From Hypanus sabinus (taxonomy: Eukaryota), in contig NC_082733.1 of NCBI RefSeq assembly GCF_030144855.1, positions 28,830,001 to 28,894,000 on the forward strand: a DNA stretch of 64,000 bases, written 5' to 3'. Below the pieces are notes generated by a model. It did no database searches and was not told where the DNA came from. It saw only the letters and a list, made by a program, of their open reading frames with translations. The translations under genes were made by a program, and so were the position numbers. This document shows positions 36,751 through 50,539 of the stretch, one piece after another (the stretch's first letter is position 1; each line of letters begins with the position of its first letter).

Positions 36751-39700
36751 CAATGTGAATGGACAGAAGCATTGACTTTCTCTTCCTAGATGCTGCCTGA
36801 CATGTGAGTATTTGTGTCACCTTTTAATTTTATTTTAGGTAATTCAGCTTGGGATTGGTCAGACCGAACACAGAATATGGTGAGCTGTTTCGATCCTCTT
36901 ACCCAAGAAAGGATGTGCTGGCATTGGAAAAGTTCACAAGAATTGTCAGAATTATCCTGGGAACGAAAGGGTTAATGTATGAGTAGTTGGTAGCTCTAGA
37001 CCTGTACTACTCTGCTTCTATAACTCATGGTCTTCTGCTGACTGCCCTTTTAAAGACTACAAATTAACCCCACTGGACTGTAATTTCTACCTCGTTCCCG
37101 TGCTTTCTAAATGAAGACAGGAAGATGAGAAAATAATTTGCATTTTGATTCCCTTTCAACCATCTAAGTGTACTTCTGCTTATTTTTTGTTCCAACAAAC
37201 TTTTACATAGTCCTTTGTGAACAGATACATGGATAGAAAAGGTTGGGAGGGATATGGGCCAAGGACCTGTTCAATACTGTACCAATAGTTGTGTAACTTT
37301 ATGCTAGTAAGGTGGCTACTGCGAAAACGTTCTAACTGGTTGCATCACTGTTTAGGATGTGGGGTGGGGGGGGGGGGAATCAAAATAAGCTGCATGGAGT
37401 TGTAAACATCATCAGCTCCATCTGTAGTATCCAGAACATCTTCAAGGAGCAATGCCTCATAAAGGTGGCATTCATCATTAAGGACTCCCATCACCCAGGT
37501 CATGTCTTGTTCCCATTGCTGTCATCACGAAGGAAGTAAAGAAGGCTGAAGACACACATTCAACAATTCAGGAACAGCTTCTTCCCCTCTGCCATCAGAT
37601 TTCTGAATGAACATTGAACCTATGAACATCACCTCACTACTTTTTTATTTCTATTTTTGAACTAATTTTATTTAACTCTTTAATATATACACCTACTGTA
37701 ATTCATTTTCTATTATGTATTGCACTGTACAGCTGTTGCAAAGACAAATTTCATGACATCTGCTGCTGATATTAAATATGATTTCTGATTCTGATTATGC
37801 CAAATTGTCCTATTGCAATGATGCACCAAGGTCATCATTTCAAATTTACTACTTTTTTTAAAAAAGCTTCAACCTTACACCTGAGGCCCAAATAACTGAG
37901 TGGCATTGCCATATGTCAAGACATTTTGCAGTTAATGAAAAATACTACAGATGCTGGAAATTTGAACCTCAGACTGCAAGTGATGTAATAACTCAGCAAG
38001 TCAGGCAGCATCTGCGGAGAGAGAATCAGCATTAATGTTTCAGGTTATAACTTCTTCAGAACTGGGAAAGAGTTTTTCCCCCAGTCTCAAACCTGAACTG
38101 TTAACCCTGGATTTCTCTCCAAAAACGTTGCCTGGCCTGCCTAGTTAACCCAAAGCTTTCAGTTTTTGTTTCATTTCCTTCTTGTTCTCTGAACACCAAC
38201 TCCACTACCCGCCCCCCCCCCAACCCCTGCCCCAATCACCCCTGACATAAAATGGTCCCAAGCCTGTGGGTCTGTACTTTAAATAACAATTTAACAACAA
38301 TGGCATCAAACCCACCCGTGGTTTTGTTGTTCGGCGGCGGTTGGCTGGTGAACTTCAGTCGCAGGTTACAGGAGCTGGTATTTCTCTGCCAAAGTGCCGT
38401 CGGTGGAAAGTTTTCTTGTGTGTGGTGAATTCACCAGAGCAACTTATCTACAAACTCACATCTGCAGAAGACTGCAGGAAACTGGAAGTCGAAGAGAAAA
38501 AAAATCCCACGAATGAGCGTGACCCAGAGGTGAGGTTGAAAAGCGATATGTCCTTTCACCCAGTTTACTTTTAAGTGCACTCATTAATCACACTCATTAA
38601 TCGTTGTGCTGATTTCACCATAGTATGACTTGAGGGAGTTTCGATACTAAACAAATTGTTGTCTTTTCTTCCCCATTTAGATCAGCTCTCAATTACAAAC
38701 AATTTTCTGCCTACAAAAAAAATTTCATTCAAATGAAATGTTGAATTTAGAGGCGTTTTGTTGGTAATATTTTCGAGCTTTAAATCAAATAACCTTTAGT
38801 GCTGAGTCAAGTTGTTATTCCTTGTGCTGAATACGAACTCTGTCATTGACCGCGATGGAATTTTAATGTATAACCAGAATTTCTGAGACCGCAGCTACAA
38901 ATGATTAACCAGTAACAGCTGACGATTAAAAGCCAATACAATTTCACAGTCCAGCACAAAAAGGTTTGCATTATTTTTACATTATTCGTTAAGAATATTA
39001 TCCCTATAAGATCCGTTTCCCACAACATACCCGACCACCTGGGCCCTTCCAGCATTTTCAATTTTAATTGCATTTTTATCTTCTCGCTCTCTGATAAACG
39101 CTATGGTCAGTGAAGGTGTTTCCCGTACGGGAAATACACAGGCAGTTTTTTTCGCAGCAAATCCCCGCAAATAATAAAGGCGCAGAGGTGCTGGCAAATT
39201 GGAACACCCCTCTCTCTCTCTCTCCCCCCACCTCTCCATTCCCCTTTCCTTCTCCAAATGAAATCCAACAAAGTTGAAATGATGGAGAGGTCAGCACAGA
39301 TGGCCTCCAAACGTTTAAAGGCACTTGTGGAAACTCCCGAAAAGGCTTTGAATGTTGGTGCCTATCACAATGTGTAAGATAAATGGTGGCCAGGAAGCAA
39401 GAAAAGTCTCCAGCTTTTCATTTTTACAGAAGTGCACCATGATCTTTTTGTACCTCAGCCTCAGGGTTAGAGGACTGTGTGTGTTGGGGGGCGGGGGGTG
39501 ATGGAGCTTATTGCCTGTTGCGTTCTGTGTTCCTCTGCCAAACAGTTGTGGGCATGTGCTACTTTGGCGCCGGAGTGTGTGGCGACGCCTGCCTCCGGCA
39601 CACCGCACCGCAAACAACGCGTTTCCCTCCACGTTTCGATGTACGTGTGGTAAATAAATCTTGAATATGAAATTGCTCCAAGCTTTAGCTTTCCCTGACT

Positions 39701-40035
39701 TTGAAAGTTCTCCTGCTCGCCAAGTCTCCGAGGTTATAACTCTGATCTTGGCGTCCAGCTCGACACCTTCTCCCACAAGTCTACCATTGACTCCATTAGT
39801 CTAAACCCCAAGCTCAGAAATTCACTTCCCTCTCCAACCCTAACTTTTTCTTTGATTGTGAACTAGATTAAAAGGTTGCCTCAAATTTGAGGGCAGCAGG
39901 GCTCTTACTACACGGTTCAGTTTTATGTTCTGTTCTCTCCCACATCTCTCTTTAAAATTGTGGTTGCCACAGATCTCTCGGACCATCGAACTGACATTTT
40001 GTCCTGTAACAATTTTATTCTGATTATGCTGCAGA

Positions 40036-40720
40036 GTAAGATGGCGGCAAGCTCAGATGCTGCGGCATCCCTGGGTCCAACCAAAGGTGTGATTGTTCTT
40101 CCTTTACATCTTTTTCACGACTTCAGGACACTGCTGGCTGTTAAGGGCATCAAGCATGGCAGGTCCACCCTGTCAGTAAGTTGCTGGATAGTGATGGAGC
40201 TGGACTCGTTGTGCACCATACTGTTTCAGCCACCAAGGAAGGAGGAGGTGGTGCACAAACCAATGAACAGGGACCATTGTCCTGGACATTCCTTCGCTGG
40301 TGAGACCGATGGTGGGGAAGCTGCGTGGCCTTGGTTGTGGCACGGACCAGGCCTCATTCGTGCCTCGGAGTCACCTGCTGTGGCCGCCAAGGAAGGAGGC
40401 GCTGGAGCTAGTTGTGCGCCGCTGGATTCCACGCTGGTCCCTTCCATCAGTACTGCCCTCCAGTGTTCACTTGACAGGAGACGAGCTGGATGGCATTGGA
40501 CTGCAGCGGTACTGTGCTGTGCAGAAACATGGCTCCAGGACAACTTCCATGTACCATCAATCTTCAGGCCATGACACTCAGGTGACGTTATTTATTTTAA
40601 TACTTTTTGTTGACTATGATTTTCTGCTGGATAATATTATCCACTATATGTGCTGCGTGTAGACTTAACACTGCTTCATTTGGCTGTGTTCATGTGCATG
40701 GTTGAATGGCAATTAAACTT
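40036..40720 (+). mobile_element. Non-autonomous L2-related element
   Basis: Begins AAGATGGCGGC; retains endonuclease remnant VLCCAETWL. Inverted relative at about 43124-43842. Confidence 0.6.
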
Positions 40721-43123
40721 GGGAAGGGGCTTGTGTGACCTACAGTTCTGCAGAAATTCCAGTTGTCATTTACAGGTAACCCTAACAGGCTGCACGAAAC
40801 ACTGCAGTTAATTTCACAGAGATGAAACAAAAGTTTGTTGCTTGTGCAAAGTGTCAAATCTGAAGTTTGTTTCCAAGGAGGTGGAAAACTTACAGTCACC
40901 AGGCATGAAGCAGAATGGAAAAGTTGAGCATTGTACAGTGTCACATTTTAACTTTATGACAAAATATTTTTATATCAGAGTGTCTATAAGGCAATACAAG
41001 ATGTGGTTGCTAAGGCCATTGACAAAGCCAATAATTTCAGTTCTTGTTTTTAAGATAGGAATAACAAGACTTTCTTTGCAATCATCTAGGAAATTGCATC
41101 TTAAAATCAGGAGTCTGGGGAGCAGAATTTTAAATGGATGTAATGTACTGGGCTGCTGGGGCAATTCCAAGATTAATTTAATTTCGCACAGGGTAATTTC
41201 ATGGAATTGTGCACTGTTATGCAGACAAACCTCCTTACTACAAGCTCTACAGAATCTTAAGACACACAGTTTTGATCAGTACAAATTCATCCAGTGTGTA
41301 TTGCTTAAAAACAAATGCCCCAAAATTAGATTCAAATATCCACACTCAATAAAATTCAGCATTGAACAAACAGCGGTTGAAACCAAAAACACAAGATACT
41401 CAGCAGATGCTGGAAATCTTGAGCAACAGACACAAAATGCTGGAGGAAGTTAGCATGTCAGGCAGCATCTATGAAGGGGTCGAAAGGATGAATGAACTGA
41501 ATCTATGGACTGACCTTCAAGGACTCTACAAACCCATGTTCTTGCTATTATTTATCTATTATTTGCACATTGGTCGGTTGTCAGACTTTGTGTGTAATTT
41601 TTCATTGATCCTATTGTTTTTCTTCATTTTATTGTGAATGCCTGCAAGAAAATGAAGCCCAAGATAATACATGGTGACATATTCAGTACACACTTTGATA
41701 ATAAATTCACATTGAACTTTGAATGTTGATTACTCTCTTCCATAAATGCTACCTGACTTTCTGAGTTCTTCCAGCAATGTGTGTGTGGGTGTGTTGCAGT
41801 TGAAACGACAAGTATTTGAGAATGAATGAGTCAGAACTGAGAGATTTATAAATGCTGGCCATTAGCATAACAGGAGACAGAGGAAATATATTTAATTCTC
41901 TCCCTCTCAAGAACTACAACACAGCAACATGGATGAAAATTAATCCAATTGCTTAACACTATTCTACCATACTGAAGCTGTAATTTGTAAATCAAACATG
42001 GCCCGATATATTTTTTTTCTCAACAGAAGATTGTATGCTTCGATATTTACCAATTTGGCAAAGGAATCTTCTAGCAGCTTACAATTAAGTTTGCCTGCAA
42101 AGTGGGGAAAGTAAGTCTGTTTTAAGACCACAAGTGATAGGTCAGTTAGAAGTAAAGTCACATATTAAAGTGCTGGGATGCTAAATCAATGACATCAGTC
42201 CCAGGATATATTCTCTATGGCCCGAGAAATCTCACCATTGGAATCTGTCTTCACACTTTGCATATGTCCTCAAGCCCACCTGCCAAGCACCTCTTAGAGA
42301 ATCTGAAGGACACCCACACTTCTGTCCTTGGGTTCAATGCCCTGTGGCCACTGATGGGGCAGGTACTAAAAACAAAGAGTGGGGATCTCATTGAAACATA
42401 TTGAATATTGAAAGATCTAGATAGAAAGGACATGGAGAAGATGGTTCCTATAGTGGGAGGGTCTACAACCAGAGGGCACAGCCTCGGAATACAAGGCTGT
42501 CCCTTTGGAACAAGGATGAGGTGGAATTTCTTTAGCCCGAGGAAGGTGAATCTGTGGAATTCATTGCCATGGGCGAGTCTTGATCAGTAAGGTATCAAAA
42601 GTTACAGGGAGAAGGCAGGAGAATGGGGTTGAGAGGAACAATAAATTAGCCATGATGGAATGAATGGCCTAACTTTGCTCCTTTGTCTTACGATTTTATA
42701 GTCAATGGTTTGCTTCGTGCATCAAATCTTCACAGGAACCAATTGTCCCTCTAATCCTTTGTAACAACAAGGCGCTGTTGCCCACAGTGATGTGAATGGA
42801 AAACCCCTAACTGCTGGAAAGATTTTGGAGAAATCTGCAGAGGATATTAAATTCAACCAACTCTATCTTGAGCATTAGCCTTCCCACCATCGAAGACATT
42901 TTCAAAAGGTGATGCCTCAAGAAGTTGGTATACATCATTAAGGACTGTGTCCCCCACCCCCACACCCGGGGCATGTCCTCTTCTCATTACTACCATCAGA
43001 AAATAGAAAAAAAGCCTAAAGACTGTCACTCAATACTTTAGGAAAGGTTTCTCCTCCTCCACAATCAGTTTCTGAACAGACAATGAATTAATCCATTGTT
43101 TGCTCTATATAATCTCACAAAGT

Positions 43124-43842
43124 TCAAGTTAATTTGTTATTCAACCATATATGAATACAACCACATGTAATTCTGGGGCCAGAAATAGTACCAACAGTCA
43201 TGCACACATAATACATATAAGACAACAGTAAAAATACAGTCACACAAAAAAAAATTGTGTAAGTCCCTGAGCCCATAACTGTTGCAGCACTCTGCAGTCG
43301 AACACAATGTATCTTGTCATCTGCCAAGTGAACACTGGAGGGCAGCACCAGCTCCAGCAAGTACGCCACGCCACGTCATCTCCAGTTGAGCGCACTGACT
43401 CTGCCACCTCTCACTCGGGCGGATGCAAGCAGGCAACACCGTGGCTTGAGGCCTAGTTGGATGGCTTCTCTGCCATTCGTACCTGTCGTTTGCCAAAAAA
43501 CCAGTGAATCGGACATGCAGCATTCCACATTAACAACGTCCAACAGGGTCTCGCGATCACAAGAAAAGTTACCAAGATGATCACTTGCTGTTGGACCGCC
43601 CACCTCCTTCACGCATCCACTCCAGTGTCTCTCTGACGCAAGCAGCAGCGCGTTCTGCACCAAGTCCAGCTCGCTCAGATTCTCCACTGTTGAAGAACTC
43701 CCTGAGGGGGTAGACCAGTAACACTTTAAGTTCTTAATCTCCAGCAGGGTCTTGCGATCATAGCAAAAATGTTTAAAAAAGACAATAACACTTTTGGTTG
43801 ACTGTGTAGAAGCTGCAGCATCTGAGCACACCATCATCTTAT
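43124..43842 (-). mobile_element. Non-autonomous L2-related element
   Basis: Reverse-complement similarity to 40036-40720 (CSDAAAS...KSVIV translation shared with SSDAAAS...KGVIV). Confidence 0.6.
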
Positions 43843-43931
43843 TGGAAGTCTCTCTGATTCTCTCCTTTTCTCTTTCTCATATATTGTAATTTCTACGTAT
43901 TAATTCATAGTATATTTAATATCTTGCCAGT

Positions 43932-44248
43932 GTGTGTGTAGGCCTCCATTAGCCTCGATAGACCATGGATTTGCACCTTGGAAAGTTTCCAGGGCGCAAG
44001 CCTGGGCAAAGTTTTTTTTAATGGAAGACCAGCAGTTGCCCAAGCTGCAAATCTCCCCTCTCCATGCCACCGATGTTGTCCAAGGGAAGGGCATTAGGAC
44101 CCATACAGCTTGGCACCAGTGTTATCGCAGAGCAATGTGTGGTTAAGTGCCTTGCTCAAGGACACACATGCAAGCCTCAGCCAAAGCTCAAACTAGCGAA
44201 CTTCAGATAACTAGACGAATGCCTTAAACTCTTGGCTACTGCCAACAC
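43932..44248 (-). mobile_element. tRNA-derived SINE, same family as 2339-2648, with 10-bp TSD
   Basis: Reverse-complement copy of 2339-2648; TSD TCTTGCCAGT at 43922-43931 and 44249-44258. Confidence 0.85.
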
Positions 44249-44300
44249 TCTTGCCAGTACCGCTCCTGCAAAACATCAAATTTCGACATATGTCAGTGAT

Positions 44301-44701
44301 CCTCCAAGAAGACCACAACCTTATTGTTGGGTTTGGAGGCTTGCATGCCTCAATGACCCAGAAAGCTATGTTGGCTAGAGCCAGGGCTTTATGATTTGGC
44401 TCTTGGTAGGGTCACTGAAGCCAAAGGGCGCAAGTGTAGAGGCCAGACTAAGAGTGGTCCACCAGTCCGCCAGGTTCGGGGGTTCAGCTCAAGCCTGACT
44501 GGTAAAACACATTTTTTCAGCAATGAAGAATACTCTACAACTGAGTGCAGCAGTATTCTTGAGTCTCCACCCAGGACTTGCATGACTGATAGTAGTGAAA
44601 ACGGACCTACTGGCACGATGAAGGAAGCCCTGAACACTGCCAGAGATGGAGGACCTTCACTGCTGCCCTAAACACCAACGGCATAACAGGCAGTAGAAAC
44701 A
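44301..44701 (+). mobile_element. Short non-autonomous retroelement (possibly RTE-related) with 8-bp TSD
   Basis: TSD TCAGTGAT at 44293-44300 and 44702-44709; inverted copy at about 59811-60203. Confidence 0.6.
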
Positions 44702-45899
44702 TCAGTGATAATAAACCTGATTCCGATCTGATAGAAACGAGGGAGCCAATCTGGGAGCTCAAATGTGAGAATAAGAACAGTTGTTTTATTTAAACTAAGC
44801 CAAGGACATGGATATTGAATCACCAGGTAGATCGGGATCAAATGTCTTTTTCTCTATTTAATATACAATTTACGCTACTCCCTCTCTTATCCTTGGACTC
44901 ACCAACAAAGAATTCATGTTACAGAAGCACTGTAAAATGGTGGCTGAGAGTGTGGGCCAAACTCACCATTGAAACATTAACAGATGGAGGAACATGTTTA
45001 TAATACCACCCAAAAACAAAAAATACTTCAGACGAACTCCAGTTCAGAGCACATTGAATCATTTAAACTGTTGATTTAATATTGCCAAAATACATATTTT
45101 AAGTGGGTTTCTCGTTATTTGGCCTTCTGGACTTCTCTTTATTTGTCTGTGTAGGTGAATTCTTACATAAATCTGACTTTGTACAGGTCAGAATTATCCA
45201 AAGTAAAATCCACCTTTGATAAAACATTTTAATCAAATGTAAAAAACAGACAAGCATAACAAAGGAGTAGCAGAAGATTTTAGACTGTTCCACCTGACTG
45301 GGGTAGATTCAGAATCAGAATCAGGTTTAATATCATCTGCATATGTCATGAAATTTGTTAACTTAGAGACGGCTGTTTAATGCAATACCTGAAAAATATA
45401 GACAAAAACTGAATTACAGTAAGTATATATACTAAATAGTTAAATTAAGATAAGTAGTGCAAAAAACATACATTTTTAAAAAAGTAGTGAGGCAATGTTC
45501 ATCAGTTTAATGTCCATTTAGAAATCAGATGGCAGAGGGGTAGAAGCAGTTCTTGAATCGTTGAATGTGTGCCTTCAATGAGAAGAGGGCATGTCCTGGG
45601 TAATGGGAGTCCTTAACAAAAGGATGCTGCCTTTCTGAGGCACCACTCCTTGAAGATGTCTTGGATACTATAGAGGCTAGTACTCCTGATGTAGCTGGCT
45701 AATTTTACAGCTTTCTGTAGCTTCTTATGATCTTGAGATTTGCTTTTAAAACTGCAGGACTTCATAAGTCAGTAATGATGAAGAGTGTCAAACAATGAGC
45801 AATGAATAGGCTTGCCATCCTAAATGGGTGGTGGTGTGAGAGATGAATGGCTCTATGCATGCATCTGGGTTGCCACGGAAATAACAATATTAAAACATG

Positions 45900-46460
45900 T
45901 ACACTCGGAAGCTACTTTATGAGTTACCTCCTGTGGCTAGCAAAGTGGCCACTGATTGTGTGCTGGTGGTTTTCTGCTGATGTAGCCCATCCACTTCCAG
46001 GTTCAAAATGTTGTGTGTTCAGAGATGCTCTTCTGCACATCGCTTTGGAATGCGTGGTTATTTGAGTTACAGTTGTCTGCCTGTCAGACTGAACCATTCT
46101 CTTCTTTCCTCCCTCATTTTCAAGGCATTTTCACCCGCAGAACTGCCACTGACTGGATTTTTTTTTGTTTGTCACACCATTCTCCATAAAATCTAAATTC
46201 TGTTGTGTGAAAATCCCAGGAGAACAGCATTTTCTGAGATACTCAAACCACCCCATCTGGCACCAATAAGCATTCCACGATCAAAGTCACTTAGATTGCA
46301 TTTCTTCCCCATTCTGATGTCTGGTCTGAACAACAACTGAGCCTCTTGACCATGTCAGCATGAGTCTATGCATTGAGTTGCTACTGCGTGATTGGCTGAT
46401 TAGATACTTGCATTAACAAATGGGTATACATGTGTACCTGGTAAAGTAGCCACCAAGTGT
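45900..46460 (-). mobile_element. Tc1-derived non-autonomous element, same family as 24432-24965
   Basis: Reverse-complement similarity to 24432-24965 (e.g. ATTGGCTGATTAGATACTTGCATTAAC). Confidence 0.7.
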
Positions 46461-47496
46461 ATCACCAATGACTAGCAGGAGCAGCTTGGGGAGAGCACTG
46501 GAAAGAATGTTGTTTCATTTTATCCTTCTAATTGTTCTGGGAATATTCGAGATAGGAGAATAAAGAGCCCTTCTAACTAGGTGGGATTGTTAAAGGAGGG
46601 AGTGTCAAGCAGCACATTTCGCTGTATGCTTTGATGTTTCGATGCACATGTGACAAATAAAAATAATTTAATCTAGTCTAATTGAATAGCTTAATAAAAA
46701 GTCCAACACTATATGTAACTAGAGAAAGCTGCATGTGGAGGAGGACCTTCTATCTAATGCGTTAGACTTCCTTTCATTTGGGAAAATGAACTGCAGGCGC
46801 CAGTTGGATATACCAATGTTTCTCACTGGTCTTGTTCCTGACAGCTTCCAGATAGCTCTCAGCTGGTTCTACATGAAAAAGTTGAAGGTACATTTATTAT
46901 CAAGGTATGTGTGCAGCATACAAACCTGGAGTTCGCCTTCCCCACAGACAGCCACGAAACGAAGAAACACCGAGGAAGCTGTTCAAAGAGACATCAAACA
47001 CCCAACGCAAGGAAAGAGAGCAAATCGTGCAAATGGCAAGAAATGAGCAAAAAGCACAATATTAAACATCAAATCGCAGAGTCATTGAACCAGTCTAGCA
47101 ATGTTCAGTTTAGTTCAATTTAGTGCTATATCATTTGTTCGTTGACTGCAGGCCACAGAGCCTGTCTGCCCCGATCAAAATCACACAAAACAGAAATAAA
47201 AAGGGCAACCAGAAGACAGAAACACATATAACAAGACCAAAAGTCTAATACACAAACTGCATCAATTAAATCTTGCCCAAGAATGAAGCCTTTGGCACCA
47301 TCCTCTGGGAGCAATGAGTGAGAGAGAGAGAGAGAGAGAGAGCACGAGACCAGTATCTTGTTCAACTCTTAAATCGGAGAGAAATGGAGTCAATCATGGA
47401 CTCACAACCCATCTCCAGGCGTTTTGGCCTTCAGGCCGCACACTCCACTCCAAACTGCACTGAACTTCCTCGGAGATCAGAATGGGGGAGAGTATT

Positions 47497-47716
47497 TGAT
47501 GCACCATCAATAACTCACTCTGAGACGTAAGGCGAGATATCGGCTTTTACTTACTGGAAGAAGGAACCAGGAGTGAGTGAGTGACCATCATACTACGTCC
47601 TGTAGACTGAGGCCGAGCATCAGGCCTCAGATCACCTTTATACAGGGGCCTGTGGGAGGAGCCACAGGAGCAGTCAGCAGGGGGCGTGTCCAGACAGGCA
47701 CACGTAGTTCACCACA
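47497..47716 (-). mobile_element. Solo LTR (220 bp)
   Basis: TG...CA termini (TGATG...CACCACA), 5-bp TSD GTATT/GTACT, minus-strand TATAAAG box. Confidence 0.65.
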
Positions 47717-49959
47717 GTACTGTATGTGAAATAGTTACGAAGCAAGGCCCCCCACTGACACATAATATTGCTGTGGAATCAGCAGCACAAAGCACCTGGG
47801 ATTTCCACTTTCATTCAGTCCAAACAATCCTAAAACTTCTCCCTTCATGAAGTAACAGGGGTGAGATCACTCCAGTTGAGTATCATGTTCCCTAAAAGAG
47901 ACTGTGTGTCCTCAGGCTGTGGATACTGCACGGGATAAACATAGCCAGCATGTCTGGGAGGATTCCCTTAATGGAGAGTGCCTATGCGTGACTTTGTTCA
48001 AGATGGGGAAGCAGAGCATGGGCAGCCACTACATGTCGCTGACAGATCCAGTGGCACGGACTGCTGGATGATTAGGGACTAAGACACTGCTGCAATCTTC
48101 CTCCACCTTCTCTGCTGGTTTGTTGAGGCCTTGGTTAGCTCACTCTCTGTCTGGAACCTCTCCCTTGACCTTACCGCCATGGGTGACCCTAAGTGCCAGA
48201 CGGGTAAACTCCAGATGGCATTACTTTTGGGATCTCAGCAACTCACAAAGCTCTCCGCCACGACAAGGTGACGATCCTCGTAGTCTATCCCTTCATGTAG
48301 CATTTCATAGATATATAAAACGTTAAAGTTAGGTTGGGTGACTAACACAGAAAATTATTGTAATCAATGTTAAATCTGTGTAATTCAACTTCTTTAACCA
48401 GCTCAAACTAAATCTTTTATTGTAGTTCTTCAAACATTTGGGTAAGTGCCCAAGGAAATTATAAATAAACCTGTGCCTAGTGCCAATGCTATTTTATTAT
48501 CTATATATGGAGTTTAACTAGCCATACAGATAAACGTTGAATGAGCTGATGGCTTGACAGCTGATATATTTGGAGCGAACATTCTCATCTGGTGATCTGT
48601 GCTAATCCTGCACCCTTGCCCAGGGATATGACAGAAGTTTGATGGGATGTGTCTGAAGGGGGTTAGTTTCAGTGTACCTGTATCTGGGCTGAGACTTTGC
48701 CAGTGTTGGTATTTCTCCCATTTTCCCCTGGTTTAGTCTTTACCCCCCCTTCCACATCTCCAATTGATCCAAGATTCCAGCCGGATTTTAGTTTGCACTA
48801 ACACTTGAATAAAACTTCTTTGCATTAAAGAACACACAAAAATTGTATCTTTGAACTATTTAGCCCAGGATACAAGATTAGCAGCTCAAGCAAACAAACA
48901 GGCCTTAAAGATACCAAAATATATATTATGTAGTTAATAGACAGATATAACAGTACAGACTCTTCAGCCTATGATTTTTTGTCAAACTTCTAACCTGCTC
49001 CAATATCAATCAACCCTTTCCTGCTATGATGATGAGAATGATCATTCTCTGAAATGATAATTGACTTCAGAAAGGCAGGAGGTTCAGAATAAGCCCCGCT
49101 ATTCATAAATGTTATGGTAGTGGAAAGGGTCTTCCGTTTCAAGTTTTTAATCACGAGTATCACAGAGGAGCTCCCTTGGTCCATCAACATAACCTCGATA
49201 GTAGGGAAGGCACAGTGGTGACTATACCACCTCAGTTGCTTATGGAGAGCTAACCTGCCCCAATTTTTTATCAATGTGCGAAAGAGGGCATACTGACATA
49301 TGGAATGACTGTGTGGTACTCTAGCTGCAGCAAGACAGATCACGAAGCACTCCAACCGGTGATTAGGATGGCTCAGCACATCATTGGGCCTCAACTATCG
49401 GACCTGGAGACAATCTACAACTCTTGATGCCCACAACGTGCTTGTAACTTAATTGAAGACCCATCCCATCCTGCCAGGAGATTCAGAAACATCTTAGCCA
49501 AGATAGGAAGACTGAAAAGCAGCTTATTGCTGAGGACTGTTGTGCAGCTGAATTATGCCACACCCCAGCTTGCCAATGGCCTTTGAGTGTTATCAACTGT
49601 CAAAGTCACTTGTTGCATGTAAAGATGGGAATTTTTAAAATTATGCCATCCTGAATGCATTGTAAGTATCTGATTTGCCACGGACTGGGATAGCACTGGA
49701 ATCTCAACAATGACAATAAAGTTCTATTCAATTCTATTCTATTCCCTCTCACATGGCCCTCCATTTTTCTTTCATCCATGTGGCACAAGGCCATCTTAGA
49801 TAGGCAAGTGGATAAAAGTAAAATGGAAGGCTAAGTGGGAGCAAAGTGTTAGATTAAATGGTCAGTACAATGTTGTGGCACGAGGGGCCTGTACTGCTCT
49901 ATGTTCTTTGTGGCCTATCTATGAGTATCTCAAATATCTCTAATTTACCTGCCTCAACC

Positions 49960-50480
49960 AGCAGCCCAGGCAGCGCGTGACAGTCACACCCCACTCTCTG
50001 TGTGAAAAGAAACTACCTCTGACATCTCCCCTAAGCTTTTCTCAAATCACCTTAAAACGATGCCTCCTCGTATGAGCTTCTCTGGGGAAAAAAGTGTTTG
50101 CTGTTCACTCGATCTATGTCTCTTATCATCAACCAAGTCAGCTCTCCTCTGCCTGTACTCCAAAGAGAACAGTCCTAGCAAGCTCAACCTTTCCTCTTCA
50201 GTCATGCTCTCTAATCCAGGCAATCTAGTACCCCTCCTCTGCGCCCTCTCTGAAGCTTCCAAATCCTTCCGATCACGAGATGACCAGAACTGAACACAAT
50301 ACTCCAGGTATGGTCTAGCCAGGGTTTTATAGAGCTGCAACGTTACCTCACAGCTCCTGTCCTCAATCCCCAACTAATGAAGGCAAAGACACCGTACACC
50401 TTCTTAACCATCCTATCAATTTGCATGGCAGCTTTGAGGGATCTATGGACATGGATCCCAGGATCCCTCTGTTCCTCCAC
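49960..50480 (-). mobile_element. CR1 LINE 3' fragment
   Basis: LYKTLARPYLEYCVQFWS...ERAQRR...LSLLGLFSLE. Other CR1 fragments at about 9060-9500, 9780-10380, 26775-27040, 32865-33550 and 42375-42700. Confidence 0.85.
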
Positions 50481-50539
50481 ACAGCCAAGAGCTATTTCTA
50501 GTATTGTCCCTTCACCACAATAAATTAATTTCTCATCTC

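Noticed and set aside
39960-41453. Two ORFs of about 200 aa (39960-40574 and 40842-41453)
   Set aside because: The first lies in a LINE-derived repeat. The second has no recognisable domain or splice structure and runs into a PLE terminus.
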